A stretch of DNA of 64,000 nucleotides. It comes from Patescibacteria group bacterium. GTDB lineage: Bacteria > Patescibacteriota > Minisyncoccia > Phycocordibacterales > XYD1-FULL-46-19. A program made the position numbers and the translations under genes. Below, one piece after another: positions 28,516 to 39,109 of the stretch. Positions within the stretch are counted from its first letter, which is position 1. Every line of letters starts with the position of its first letter. The notes beneath the pieces were generated by a model that worked only from the letters and a program-made list of their open reading frames with translations, was not told where the DNA came from and ran no database searches. The stretch covers positions 17,958 to 81,957 of the forward strand of contig JBMCHT010000003.1 of assembly GCA_048617235.1 (NCBI GenBank). The letters are read 5' to 3'.

Positions 28516-29616
28516 TTAATTTAAAAATTGATCTCGGCAGACACTTTCTACCTGATTCAAACAAGTTTCTTGACGAGTACGACAATTTGAAAATTGCCCC
28601 TCATGATCATTCTCGGCCTGTTCCAAACAACGATCTAAACTCCTATCCAAACTATTTTGGCAATTATTCAATCTGATTCTTAAAATATAAGAACGGACAC
28701 CAGCCACCGTTTGACATAAAACAACTCTAGCTCGACAAGCTAAACGAGCTAAACCACGGCGATCTTCACACCTGGCAGCTATAGTCTGACAACGATTATA
28801 AATTGAATCAATCCGCTCGGCAAAAACTTGGCAACTTTCTTTATTTTGTTCAAAAACTTGCTGACACTGAGCTTTTCTATCCGGAATATTGTCAACACAA
28901 ATATTAAATTCTTGTAGACAATCTTCTTCTCTTTGAGTTAAACAATTTTCAAAACCTTCATCATCGGTCGATTCTTCTGCTTCTGTATCATCATCTGCCG
29001 GTTCTTCAATTTCTTCTTCGTCTTCGTCATCATCTGCCGGTTCTTCAATTTCTTCTTCGTCTTCGTCATCATTTACCGGTTCTTCAATTAATTCTTCATC
29101 TTCGTCATCATCTGCCGGTTCTTCAATTTCTTCTTCGTCGTCTTCACTACCACCTATAATTTCTTCAAGATCTTCAAGGTCTTCTTCAAAATCGGAACGA
29201 ATTCCTATCAACTTATCAATCCCCTCTTGTAATAATAAACCCACTAAACCCAAATCAGCCGCTTGTCCAATTAAAGCCTTCAAATATGAATCCAATAAAA
29301 GAGCATTTCTTTTAGAATGATTAGCAAAGACTACAGCCCAGCCATAATCTTCCGACTGATACTTTCTAACAGCCTCATTTAAACTATGACGAGAGACTTC
29401 AAATTTATCTGTAATTTCTCTGACAGACACTTCCATTAATTCTCCATTCTCATAAATATCACCAGAAGTTATTTCGTCCAACAAACCTTCTACTTCCACT
29501 AATTTACTTTCCGCCTCTCTAATAGCCTCCAGGGCTTCCTCTTTAGCTGAAACAGCCTCTGCCGTTCCAAATAAAAATAAAAAGACGAACAAAAAACCAA
29601 AAATGTTTTTAACCAT
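28516..29616 (-). CDS. Secreted hypothetical protein: signal peptide, helical N-domain, four 13-aa acidic repeats, C-terminal domain with 14 Cys
   Basis: Start set at MVKNIFGFLFVFLFLFGTAEAVSA (signal peptide). Repeats EEIEEPADDDEDE. Cys-rich tail CLTQREEDC...C. No family recognised. Sits between fusA and tuf. Confidence 0.6.
   Translation of the reverse strand: MVKNIFGFLFVFLFLFGTAEAVSAKEEALEAIREAESKLVEVEGLLDEITSGDIYENGELMEVSVREITDKFEVSRHSLNEAVRKYQSEDYGWAVVFANHSKRNALLLDSYLKALIGQAADLGLVGLLLQEGIDKLIGIRSDFEEDLEDLEEIIGGSEDDEEEIEEPADDDEDEELIEEPVNDDEDEEEIEEPADDDEDEEEIEEPADDDTEAEESTDDEGFENCLTQREEDCLQEFNICVDNIPDRKAQCQQVFEQNKESCQVFAERIDSIYNRCQTIAARCEDRRGLARLACRARVVLCQTVAGVRSYILRIRLNNCQNSLDRSLDRCLEQAENDHEGQFSNCRTRQETCLNQVESVCRDQFLN
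28988..29146. repeat. Four tandem copies of a 39-bp in-frame coding repeat (acidic 13-aa unit)
   Basis: TCATCATCTGCCGGTTCTTCAATTTCTTCTTCGTCTTCG repeated with minor variants. Confidence 0.85.
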
Positions 29617-29658
29617 CCCCTTATTATACATTATAATAATAAAATCAGGCAAATTATT

Positions 29659-31806
29659 TTACTGTCTAGATTCTATAATGGTCTGAGCCACATTTTGAGG
29701 AATAATAGCATATTCCAAAAACTCCATTGTGAAATTACCTCGACCTTCAGTTGTTGATCGCAAAGTAGTAACATAACCAAACATTTCGGACAAAGGCACT
29801 TTAGCAGTTATAACTTTCAAGTCACCTCTATCTTCCATTGCCTCTATTTGTCCTCTTTTAGAGCTTAAATAACCATTAACATCACCCATGAATTTTTCAG
29901 GCACTACCACCTCTACTTTCATAATCGGCTCCAACAATACCGGTTTGGCCAACTTAACTGCATCCTGAATGGCCAAAGAACCAGCCATTTTAAAGGCCAT
30001 CTCCGAGGAATCCACATCATGAAAAGAGCCGTCAAATAATTCACAAGAAATATCCTCTACTGTAAAACCGGCCAAAACTCCTCGTTCTAAACCTTCTCGA
30101 ATTCCTTTTTCTACTGCCGGAATATATTCTTGAGGAATAATTCCTCCTTTAATGGAATTAATAAATTCAAACCTATCTTCTCTTTTAACATTTTTAGCTT
30201 TAACTTCTTCCGGTTTAACGGTCTTGTCCAACGGAGCCACTCTGAGTTTAACATGGCCATACTGACCCCGACCGCCGGACTGTTTAATATATTTACTTTC
30301 AGCTTCTGCAGTAGAAGTAATAGTTTCTTTATAAGCCACTTGGGGATTACCGATATTAGCTTCCACATTAAATTCGCGCTTCATTCTATCAACCAAAATA
30401 TCCAAATGTAATTCTCCCATACCGGAAATAATAGTCTCCATGGTCTCCGGGTCCGACTGAACTTTAAAAGTTGGATCCTCGGCAGCTAATTTTCTTAAAG
30501 CCAAACCCATTTTTTCTTGATCAGCTTTGGTTTTCGGCTCTATCCTCAAAGAAACCACCGGTTCGGAAAATTCTATTTGATCCAAAACAATCGGATTATT
30601 TTCATCACATAAAGTATGCGAAGTAGCCACATTTTTTAATCCAACTACAGCGGCTATTTCTCCGGCATAGACCGTCTTAACCTCTTCTCGGTGATTGGCA
30701 TGCATCCGCACTATTCGGCCAACTCTTTCTTTAGAACCGGTAGTGGCGTTAAAGACATAACTACCAGCCTCCAACATCCCTGAATATACCCTGGTGTAAG
30801 CCAGCTGACCAACATAAGGATCGCTTTGCAGCTTAAAAACCAAAGCAGCCATTGGTTCATCATTACTATGACGACGCTCTATTACTTCTTCGGTTTTGGG
30901 ATTTTTACCCTTAACCGGCGCTAAATCCAAAGGTGAAGGCAAATAATCTACTACACCATCCAACAACAACTGCACTCCTTTGTTTTTTAAAGCTGAACCG
31001 CAAAAAACCGGAACCAATTCGTTATTAATAACCGCCTTTCTCAAAGCTATCTTTAACTCATCTATAGCCGGCTCATCTCCGGTTAAAAATCTATCCATTA
31101 AAGCTTCATCTGTTTCCACTATTCTTTCTATTAACTCCGCTCGGTATTTTTCAACCGTTTCTTTGTATTCAGCCGGGATTTCTTCTTCTATTATTTTATT
31201 TCCCATATCCCCTTCAAACTTATAAGCTTTATGATTCAATAAATCTATTACTCCTTCGTGTTTATCATCTTCACCTAAAGGAACTTGCATTCTAATAGCT
31301 TTTTTAGTCAAACGACTTAAAATAGTACCGAAAGAATGTTCAAAACTGGCTCCAATTCTATCCAATTTATTTATAAAACAAATGCGAGGCACCTGGTATT
31401 TATCCGCTTGTCGCCAAACGGTTTCCGATTGAGGCTCCACTCCGGCCACCCCGTCAAAAACCACCACTCCACCGTCTAAAACCTTCAAGGATCTTTCAAC
31501 TTCAGCGGTAAAATCTACATGACCTGGAGTATCAATAATATTTAATCGATACTTATTATCTTTATCGTCTTTATTATATTTAGTCGGCACCCAAAAAGCA
31601 GTAGTAGCCGCCGAAGTAATGGTAATTCCTCTCTCTTGTTCTTGTTCCATCCAATCCATAACCGCTTCTCCTTCATGAACCTCTCCAATTTTATGAGAAA
31701 TACCGGTATAATAAAGAACTCTTTCACTGGTAGTGGTTTTGCCGGCATCAATGTGGGCAATAATCCCAATATTACGCACTTTTTCCAGCGGATAATCTCT
31801 AGCCAT
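29659..31806 (-). CDS. fusA: Elongation factor G
   Basis: [18 protein letters not shown]-domain motifs. 715 aa. Confidence 0.97.
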   Translation of the reverse strand: MARDYPLEKVRNIGIIAHIDAGKTTTSERVLYYTGISHKIGEVHEGEAVMDWMEQEQERGITITSAATTAFWVPTKYNKDDKDNKYRLNIIDTPGHVDFTAEVERSLKVLDGGVVVFDGVAGVEPQSETVWRQADKYQVPRICFINKLDRIGASFEHSFGTILSRLTKKAIRMQVPLGEDDKHEGVIDLLNHKAYKFEGDMGNKIIEEEIPAEYKETVEKYRAELIERIVETDEALMDRFLTGDEPAIDELKIALRKAVINNELVPVFCGSALKNKGVQLLLDGVVDYLPSPLDLAPVKGKNPKTEEVIERRHSNDEPMAALVFKLQSDPYVGQLAYTRVYSGMLEAGSYVFNATTGSKERVGRIVRMHANHREEVKTVYAGEIAAVVGLKNVATSHTLCDENNPIVLDQIEFSEPVVSLRIEPKTKADQEKMGLALRKLAAEDPTFKVQSDPETMETIISGMGELHLDILVDRMKREFNVEANIGNPQVAYKETITSTAEAESKYIKQSGGRGQYGHVKLRVAPLDKTVKPEEVKAKNVKREDRFEFINSIKGGIIPQEYIPAVEKGIREGLERGVLAGFTVEDISCELFDGSFHDVDSSEMAFKMAGSLAIQDAVKLAKPVLLEPIMKVEVVVPEKFMGDVNGYLSSKRGQIEAMEDRGDLKVITAKVPLSEMFGYVTTLRSTTEGRGNFTMEFLEYAIIPQNVAQTIIESRQ

Positions 31807-31854
31807 AATATTTAATAAATATTAATTAATTATTAGTATTAATAAAAAACAAAA

Positions 31855-32343
31855 TTATTTTTTCTTTTTCTTACCGGTCCAAGCAAAATGGGCAAAAGCT
31901 CGGTTAGCCTCGGCCATCTTATGAACCATTTCTTTCTTTTTAACCGCTTCTCCTTCATTATTATAAGCGGACACTATTTCATCAGCCAACCTAATTTCCA
32001 TCTTAGTACCGGATTTGGCTCTGGCACTTTTTATTAGCCAACGTAAAGCCAATGATAGTTGCCTGGCCGGTCTAACCTCATGCGGTACTTGGTAATTAGC
32101 TCCACCAATTCGACGAGAACGGATTTCCATCTGGGGAGATATATTTTTAATGGTTTCTTTAAAAACCTCTAAAGGTTCTTGACCGGTTTTTTCCTTGACC
32201 AAACCAAAAGCGGAATAAACCACTCGTTGAGCCACGGTTTTTTTACCTCGCTCCATTACATAATTAATTAATTTGGAGACCTCTAAAGAGCCGTGTTGGG
32301 AATCGGCAGTTAAACGATTAGTCTTTTTTACCGGTCGACGCAT
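31855..32343 (-). CDS. rpsG: 30S ribosomal protein S7
   Basis: 162 aa. Conserved uS7 core. Position between rpsL and fusA. Confidence 0.93.
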   Translation of the reverse strand: MRRPVKKTNRLTADSQHGSLEVSKLINYVMERGKKTVAQRVVYSAFGLVKEKTGQEPLEVFKETIKNISPQMEIRSRRIGGANYQVPHEVRPARQLSLALRWLIKSARAKSGTKMEIRLADEIVSAYNNEGEAVKKKEMVHKMAEANRAFAHFAWTGKKKKK

Positions 32344-32367
32344 AAATATTACTGATATATATTAAAA

Positions 32368-32781
32368 TTAAGCCTTAGGCTTCTTAGCTCCATAAAGACT
32401 ACGACCTTGGCGACGCTTTTCCACTCCGGTAGTATCCAAAACTCCACGAACGACAGTATAACGAACTCCGGGTAAGTCTTTAACTCGACCTCCTCTCAAT
32501 AAAACCACTGAGTGTTCTTGTAAATTATGTCCCTCGCCCGGAATATAGGCAGTTACCTCCATACCATTAGTTAAACGCACTCTGGCAATTTTTCTCATAG
32601 CAGAGTTAGGTTTCTTGGGCGTAGTGGTTTTAACTTGAAGACAAACCCCTCGTTTAAACGGAGAAGGATAATGAGAAGGTTTATTCTTTTTATTATTAAA
32701 ACCCATAGCTAAAGCCACGGTCTTGGATTTTTTGACCACTTTTTTTCTTCCTTTTCGAACCAATTGATTAATTGTAGGCAT
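32368..32781 (-). CDS. rpsL: 30S ribosomal protein S12
   Basis: [12 protein letters not shown] start. 137 aa. Confidence 0.97.
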   Translation of the reverse strand: MPTINQLVRKGRKKVVKKSKTVALAMGFNNKKNKPSHYPSPFKRGVCLQVKTTTPKKPNSAMRKIARVRLTNGMEVTAYIPGEGHNLQEHSVVLLRGGRVKDLPGVRYTVVRGVLDTTGVEKRRQGRSLYGAKKPKA

Positions 32782-32846
32782 AAAATAACAACGGCCATAA
32801 AGGCCACTTGTTACTCTAATATATTAAGAACAAAAATGCAATACCT

Positions 32847-33476
32847 TTAACCGAAAAAAGCTTTAAAAGGTAAATCGGTTAGTAATTCAAATAAAAAACT
32901 TATAGCCGTAATAATAAAAACCCCACCGAAAAAGACTACGGCCAAGACTATAAGTATCCAGTAACGAGTCAGCCAAGTCTCTACCGAACGCCAACTGTAA
33001 GGCAATAAAGCAAATAAAATTTTAGAACCATCTAAAGGAGGAATTGGCAAGGAATTGAATATAGCCAAAACCAAATTAATTAAAACTATTTGAGACAAAA
33101 CCATTAGAGCCACCGGGGATAAATTTTCAACCGATAATCTAATAATAACCCCAAAAATAAAGGCTAAAAACAAATTAGAAACCGGTCCGGCAATAGCCAC
33201 CAAAGCCGGCCCCCAACGTCCAGCCTTTAAATTATATGGATTAAAAGGAACCGGCCTAGCCCAACCAAAGATAAAACCACCGGGTAAAATAGACAAAAAC
33301 AAAGGTACTATCACCGAACCGACCGGATCTAAATGAGCTATCGGATTTAAAGTTAAACGACCGGCCAATCGCGCTGTCGGATCTCCTAAAAAAGAAGCGA
33401 CATATCCATGAGATAATTCGTGAATAATGACGGACATCATTAAGATGGCAATAAAAAACAAAATTTCCATAAACAA
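32847..33476 (-). CDS. Site-2 protease family (M50) zinc metalloprotease, membrane
   Basis: HELSHG motif in a TM helix, followed by LDPVG. 209 aa. Confidence 0.75.
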   Translation of the reverse strand: MFMEILFFIAILMMSVIIHELSHGYVASFLGDPTARLAGRLTLNPIAHLDPVGSVIVPLFLSILPGGFIFGWARPVPFNPYNLKAGRWGPALVAIAGPVSNLFLAFIFGVIIRLSVENLSPVALMVLSQIVLINLVLAIFNSLPIPPLDGSKILFALLPYSWRSVETWLTRYWILIVLAVVFFGGVFIITAISFLFELLTDLPFKAFFG

Positions 33477-33556
33477 AAAATTTTTAACTAAAATTTAATA
33501 AATCTTGCAACTTTAATAATTTATGATAGCATAAACATGCTAAAGTAAAAAACGTT

Positions 33557-33772
33557 ATGAAAACTTGTCCTCTATGCAATAAAGGTCAACGCACGGTTGG
33601 AGGTTATTCAAACCGAGTGCGAGCCACTAAATACAACCCAACCGGCAAAAAAGTCAGTCGGCCTAATTTGCAATGGGCCAAATTACCGAAGGAAATAGGC
33701 GGTCGGATTAAAATATGTACTTCTTGTCTAAAAAAGAACAAACACCTGGATATCACAATAGAAGAAAAATAA
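33557..33772 (+). CDS. rpmB: 50S ribosomal protein L28
   Basis: 71-aa basic protein; CPLC...CTSC zinc-ribbon-like pairs; bL28-like N-terminus. Confidence 0.75.
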   Translation: MKTCPLCNKGQRTVGGYSNRVRATKYNPTGKKVSRPNLQWAKLPKEIGGRIKICTSCLKKNKHLDITIEEK

Positions 33773-33792
33773 AACCGACCGGAGTCGGTTTT

Positions 33793-34665
33793 TTAAATTA
33801 CTTTAATTTGATTACCATCACTTTTAAATAAAACGGTTCCGGCTTCATAAGTCTTTAGAATTTCCGCCCCCAAAGAACCATAAATTTCCAAAATTTCCGG
33901 GTGAGGGTGACCATAAGGGTTATCTAAGCCGGCGGAAATTACAATATAAGCCGGATTAACAAAACCGAGAAACAAAGGAGAATTAGAAGTCCGGGAACCA
34001 TGATGCCCGGCTTGAAAAACTTGGTTATCTAAACGAGGACCATCCAACCAAACTAAATATTCTTCTACCGGCCAAAAAGCATCTCCGGTAAAAATAAAAG
34101 AAGTTTGACCGTAAATTACCTGTAGAACCAAAGAAGCATTGTCAGGTTTTTCGTTTTGAACATTTTTATCCGGATACAAAACTCTAATTTCTGTTCCTTG
34201 TCCGGGGCCATCTAAATAAATTCTGGTACCCCGGCCAACCATTTTAGTTTCCAGATTATTATCAATTATTGTCGCCTTTACCGCCTCTGTTACTTCGGTA
34301 GTATAGTCGGAACCGGACTCCATATAAGCTCCCACTGAAAAACGATTCAGCACCGGTTCAAAACCGGCCAGATGATCAGCATGAGGATGAGTGGCCACCA
34401 ATAAATCTATTCTACGATCATAAAAAGGCAAGATCCGACCCAATTCCGAAATAACAGACATATCCGGCCCGGCATCAATCAAGACTTTATTGCCCGATGG
34501 CGAGACTACCAAAGTGGCATCACCTTGACCAACATCTAAATAATAAATTTTTAAAAAATTATCCGGAGTATAATAAAAAACAGCCGACCACACCAAGCCG
34601 GCTGTCATAATCAAGACCATTACCAACAACCACCTATAATTAAACCACCTTTTTATAAAAAACAT
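33793..34665 (-). CDS. Membrane-anchored MBL-fold protein: ComEC C-terminal beta-lactamase-like domain as a separate ORF
   Basis: N-terminal TM anchor. DVGQGDA and HPHADH motifs typical of the ComEC/Rec2 lactamase domain. Confidence 0.7.
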   Translation of the reverse strand: MFFIKRWFNYRWLLVMVLIMTAGLVWSAVFYYTPDNFLKIYYLDVGQGDATLVVSPSGNKVLIDAGPDMSVISELGRILPFYDRRIDLLVATHPHADHLAGFEPVLNRFSVGAYMESGSDYTTEVTEAVKATIIDNNLETKMVGRGTRIYLDGPGQGTEIRVLYPDKNVQNEKPDNASLVLQVIYGQTSFIFTGDAFWPVEEYLVWLDGPRLDNQVFQAGHHGSRTSNSPLFLGFVNPAYIVISAGLDNPYGHPHPEILEIYGSLGAEILKTYEAGTVLFKSDGNQIKVI

Positions 34666-34671
34666 TTTAAA

Positions 34672-34911
34672 TTATTCCTGAATATATTCTTCGGGCACCA
34701 AGCCGGCCTCCATCATTATTTGAGCCAACAACTCAGTTAACTGATTATTTTCCTTGAGGATATTGTTTTGTTGATTTAATTCTGTGGTCAAAAAAGCAAC
34801 ATCTGATCTAATTTGCCAGACGGTAAATGCTTGATAAACAAAAACCGCCAAGGCCAAACCGGCAATTAAACCAATAATAAATTCTTTAGTTAGATTAACT
34901 TTTTTCATCAT
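34672..34911 (-). CDS. Small hypothetical single-TM protein
   Basis: 79-aa ORF between the two ComEC-like genes. One TM helix. Confidence 0.35.
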   Translation of the reverse strand: MMKKVNLTKEFIIGLIAGLALAVFVYQAFTVWQIRSDVAFLTTELNQQNNILKENNQLTELLAQIMMEAGLVPEEYIQE

Positions 34912-34963
34912 AATTATATATTAAATAATAATTCTTAAATTAAATTTTAACATACCACTTTTT

Positions 34964-36442
34964 TTAATAAAACCACCAAGACCATTGAGGGTTATACTTA
35001 ACCGATAAATATCGACTAACAAACCATAAAAGCGGATAAAAAATAAAAACCGACCAGACCGGTAAACGCCAACTAACTTCCGGTGTTAAAATTCCCATCA
35101 TAGCCGATACTCGCAAAACCGCTTCCAACCATAACCAGGAAATGGTAGCCGGCAACAAAGCTAAACCGGTACCAATCATATTCAAAAAGGCCAACAAAGC
35201 CAGAGCCGGTAAAATAAATACCATCCAAGGAGATAATAAAATATTAGAAAATGGTGCCAACCAAGATAAATCTCCGGTCCAAATTAAAAGAAGAGGCATA
35301 ACTGCCACCTGAGCGGCTATAGAAACCGCCATTATTTCAAATATAATTTTAGTTTTTTGCCCTACCGAAAAAACAGCTAATAAACAATTAACAATTATTG
35401 GAGTTAAAACCAAAACTCCCCAAGTGGCCGCTACCGATAACTGAAAACCGATATCAAAAATAATTACCGGCTTAATCACCGTCATTAGAAAAACAGCATA
35501 AAATAAAGCTCGAAGACCGGCATAAGGCCGTCCCCACCAACCGGCCATCATAGCCAAAGATACCATTAAACCGGCTCGAATGGCCGAAGTGGCCGGACCG
35601 GTCATCAAAATAAAAAAACCGACAAGAATTAAAACAAAAAAAGGCCTCCAACCGGTTGTTATAAAATAAGAAGCTAAAACCGCCACCAAACCGGCCACCA
35701 AGCCCACATGGTAACCGGACACCACGGTTAAATGAATCAAGCCGGCTTGTTGTAAATGCTTTCTAATCTCTGAAGCAAAACCGGATCTATCTCCCATTAA
35801 AACCCCGGTCGCTAAAGAAGCATGGGGCTCAGGTAAACCGGCTTTCAAGCCACCGATTATTTTTTGTCGCCACCAAGCCAAAACACTAATTCTCTCCGTT
35901 TTTTTAATAATCTCTAAATTATAAGCATAAAGACGACCACTTAAATCTCTGGTTCTTAAATAAGAATAATCATTAAAATCATTATCGGCAAAAGGCCGAA
36001 CCGGTGGCTGATAATAACCAATTATCTTAACCTTATCTCCTAACCTAACCACCGGATATAAATCCGCTTTAACCCAAAAATTAAAATTACTTCTTTTTTC
36101 TTTAATAATAAAAGATTGACCGGTTAAACCACGATCCGGAAAACCAATCACCTCTCCCTCCCATTGTCCTTGACCGGCTACTTGATCAGAAACCGGTAAA
36201 TACCAACTTAAACCAAAGGGATAATAACCCCAACCGCAAAAACCAAAGAAAAGAATCACCGACATAGTCATCAACCGGTGACCGGTTTTAATAAATACAC
36301 TTAGTCCGGCCAATAAACCAACAAGAGCCAAAAAAAGAAAACCAACAACAGAAGACTCTTCTAAATAACCGGCTGTTACCAAACCTAAAAACCAACCGCT
36401 AACAATAATTCCCAAGACAAATCTGGCTTGGATTTTAGTCAT
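34964..36442 (-). CDS. comEC: ComEC/Rec2 competence protein, membrane channel part (DUF4131 plus competence domain)
   Basis: Polytopic membrane protein with the conserved LTVVSGYHVGLVAG region of the competence domain. 492 aa, no MBL domain. Confidence 0.7.
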   Translation of the reverse strand: MTKIQARFVLGIIVSGWFLGLVTAGYLEESSVVGFLFLALVGLLAGLSVFIKTGHRLMTMSVILFFGFCGWGYYPFGLSWYLPVSDQVAGQGQWEGEVIGFPDRGLTGQSFIIKEKRSNFNFWVKADLYPVVRLGDKVKIIGYYQPPVRPFADNDFNDYSYLRTRDLSGRLYAYNLEIIKKTERISVLAWWRQKIIGGLKAGLPEPHASLATGVLMGDRSGFASEIRKHLQQAGLIHLTVVSGYHVGLVAGLVAVLASYFITTGWRPFFVLILVGFFILMTGPATSAIRAGLMVSLAMMAGWWGRPYAGLRALFYAVFLMTVIKPVIIFDIGFQLSVAATWGVLVLTPIIVNCLLAVFSVGQKTKIIFEIMAVSIAAQVAVMPLLLIWTGDLSWLAPFSNILLSPWMVFILPALALLAFLNMIGTGLALLPATISWLWLEAVLRVSAMMGILTPEVSWRLPVWSVFIFYPLLWFVSRYLSVKYNPQWSWWFY

Positions 36443-36445
36443 AAA

Positions 36446-36874
36446 TTAAGAACCTTGATCCATAGCCTGATTAGCTAAAGCATCAGCTTGAGCATTTTCA
36501 GATCGTGGTATATGAACAATTTTCATTTGTTTAAAATCCGACACTCTTAAATTCCACACCGCCATAAACCACGGCCAAAATTCCGGATCTTTTACCTGGT
36601 AATCTCCATTTAATTGTTTAACTATTAACTCCGAATCTAAATGCACCTCTATTGGAGTAACCCGCGCCCGAGCTGTCCCTAAAACTTTCTTCAAAGCCTG
36701 CAAAGCCATAACCAATGCTTGATACTCCGCTTGGTTGTTAGTAGTCTTCCCTAAAAATTTAGACAAAGTTTTTACTACCTGACCATCGGAATCTAAAATC
36801 ACCGCCCCGGCTCCGGCCGGACCGGGATTACCACGAGCCCCACCATCTGCATAAACTATATATTTATCTGCCAT
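36446..36874 (-). CDS. rnhA: Ribonuclease HI
   Basis: YADGGARGNPGPAGAG N-terminus; DSELIVKQ; C-terminal H...D catalytic residues. 142 aa. Confidence 0.88.
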   Translation of the reverse strand: MADKYIVYADGGARGNPGPAGAGAVILDSDGQVVKTLSKFLGKTTNNQAEYQALVMALQALKKVLGTARARVTPIEVHLDSELIVKQLNGDYQVKDPEFWPWFMAVWNLRVSDFKQMKIVHIPRSENAQADALANQAMDQGS

Positions 36875-36900
36875 AATTATTAAATTAACTTACAAACATT

Positions 36901-38637
36901 TTAAACCGCTATTTGCCAATCGACAAGTCTTAATCTTAATTCCGGTCGCCCCCCACCAAAGACAGATTTTTCAATTGTTCCCAAACAATCTATCACCTCA
37001 CCAATAGCTGGTGCCACAGCAGTATAAAAAAAGGAAATAACCTTTATTTTTTTACCATTTTGTTCTAAAACCAATTCTAAGTGATTACCGGTTTGACCAA
37101 AACGCCTCTGACCTACTACAGTTACTTTTTTAAATTCAAAAACCGGTCTGGGATTTTCTTGACCGAAAGGCGCCAACTGATCCAATTTATCAAATAAAGA
37201 CCAGGTAATATCCGTTAAAAACAAGCAACCATCAATGGCTATTTTTTGACCATTATTAACATCAACTTTACATTTAGACATAGCTAAATTTAAATTCTCA
37301 GCTAACAAAGGAATTTCTTTCTCTGCTAAAGCGAAACCACCGGCTCCGGCATGACCACCAAAATCCAAAAAACTGTCAGAATCCATTCTAGACATCAAAT
37401 CCACCAAATTAACTCGTCCATCCGATCGACAAGAGCCCTTAACTTCTCCTTGGCCATTATAAGACCATAAAAATATCGGCCGGTCATACTCTTCCACCAA
37501 CTTGGAAGCAGCCAAACCCAAAACTCCCGGGTTCCAATCCGGCTTCCCGGCCACTAAAACTCCCGGTAAACTTTTATTTTTATTCTCTAGCAACCAAAGC
37601 TGACGCACTTGATCTAATATTTCTTCCACCTGTTTTTTTCTTTGTAAATTATTACTCTCTAAAGTACTAACCAAAACCAAAGCCAGGTCTTTATCTTGAG
37701 CCATTAATAAATCATAAGCCTGACGACCATGAGCCATTCGACTGGCTGAATTAATTCGCGGAGCTACCATAAAAGCAATATCCTCGGCTGTTAAATGACT
37801 AATCGGTAAAGACAAACGCTTTAATAATTGTTGTAAACCCGATCGTCTGGTTTTTTCCATAACCACCAAACCATATTTTACTAAAATTCTATTCTCATCC
37901 ACCAAAGGCATCATATCTCCAATCGTGGCTATAGCCACCAAATCTAATAACCACTTTTCCCAACCGGAAGGTAAACCATATCTATTCTCTTTTAATAAAG
38001 CAGTAATCAATTTAAAAGCCACTCCGGCTCCGGCTAAATGTTTAAAAGGGTAATTATCTCCCTCCCGATAGGGATCAACCACCGCCACCGCCGGCGGTAA
38101 TTTTTTAGGTGGCAAGTGGTGATCAGTAATAATTACATCCACTCCCAAATCACCGGCCAACTTCACTTCTTTAAAAGAAGTAATCCCGCAATCAACAGTC
38201 ACCACTAAAGAATGACCGGCCTCAGACATTTTTCGAACCCAAGCTTGGCTTAAACCATAAGCTTCCAAATAGCGATCGGGAATATAAACCGTGTAATTAT
38301 CAAAACCAATTTGTCGAAAAAAAGAAGCTAAAATAGCCGCTGCCGGTATTCCATCGGCATCATAATCGGCAAAAATAGCAATTGATTCATTATCAGTTAT
38401 GGCTTGCCGAAGCCGAGTCACCGCTTTCTCCATATCTTTTAATAAAAAAGGATCATGTAAACTATTATGATAGTCCGGTTCTAAAAATTGAGTCTGATCA
38501 GCCTCATTATCTATCCCCCGATTAACCAATATTTGCCTGACAAACTCTTCTCCGGAACCGTTAAAAACAGCCGGTTTTTCCGGCCACTGCCATTTATTAT
38601 TACCATTCATAAAAAAGATTATAACATAAACCGCCAA
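36901..38637 (-). CDS. recJ: Single-stranded-DNA-specific exonuclease RecJ
   Basis: DHH motifs (FADYDADGI, ITDHH) and DHHA1 region. 578 aa. Confidence 0.88.
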   Translation of the reverse strand: MAVYVIIFFMNGNNKWQWPEKPAVFNGSGEEFVRQILVNRGIDNEADQTQFLEPDYHNSLHDPFLLKDMEKAVTRLRQAITDNESIAIFADYDADGIPAAAILASFFRQIGFDNYTVYIPDRYLEAYGLSQAWVRKMSEAGHSLVVTVDCGITSFKEVKLAGDLGVDVIITDHHLPPKKLPPAVAVVDPYREGDNYPFKHLAGAGVAFKLITALLKENRYGLPSGWEKWLLDLVAIATIGDMMPLVDENRILVKYGLVVMEKTRRSGLQQLLKRLSLPISHLTAEDIAFMVAPRINSASRMAHGRQAYDLLMAQDKDLALVLVSTLESNNLQRKKQVEEILDQVRQLWLLENKNKSLPGVLVAGKPDWNPGVLGLAASKLVEEYDRPIFLWSYNGQGEVKGSCRSDGRVNLVDLMSRMDSDSFLDFGGHAGAGGFALAEKEIPLLAENLNLAMSKCKVDVNNGQKIAIDGCLFLTDITWSLFDKLDQLAPFGQENPRPVFEFKKVTVVGQRRFGQTGNHLELVLEQNGKKIKVISFFYTAVAPAIGEVIDCLGTIEKSVFGGGRPELRLRLVDWQIAV

Positions 38638-38680
38638 TTCTTTTGGATTGTCTGTAATTTAATGCTAAAATAGACCTATT

Positions 38681-39106
38681 ATGGATAAAAACCAAGAAGC
38701 AGACTGCTTATTTTGCAAAATAATCAGCCAAGAAGTCCCGGCTGAAATAGTTTGGTCTAATGATAACTGGCTGGCTTTTTTGGATATACACCCCATAAAC
38801 CCCGGCCATACTCTTTTAGTTCCCAAAAGTCATTTTAAAAACTTTTTCACTTTACCGGAAAACCTCTTGTCCGAAATAGGACCTTTGGCTTCCAATTTAG
38901 GTCAAACTATAACTAAAGCGGTTAAAGCCGACGGCTTTAACTTAGGCATTAACAATGACCCGGCCGCCGGTCAAATAATTTTTCACACCCATATTCATTT
39001 AATGCCCAGATTTGATAACGACAATCATAAACATTGGTCCGGCCAAGAACAAACTCCTGAAGAATTACAACAGACAGCCAAATTGATTAAACAACACTTG
39101 AGTTAA
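38681..39106 (+). CDS. HIT family (histidine triad) hydrolase
   Basis: HTHIHLMPR histidine triad. 141 aa. Confidence 0.88.
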   Translation: MDKNQEADCLFCKIISQEVPAEIVWSNDNWLAFLDIHPINPGHTLLVPKSHFKNFFTLPENLLSEIGPLASNLGQTITKAVKADGFNLGINNDPAAGQIIFHTHIHLMPRFDNDNHKHWSGQEQTPEELQQTAKLIKQHLS

Positions 39107-39109
39107 TTT

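Noticed and set aside
28988-29146. 39-bp tandem repeats considered as a possible CRISPR or minisatellite
   Set aside because: Repeats are contiguous with no unique spacers and are in-frame coding sequence for acidic 13-aa units.
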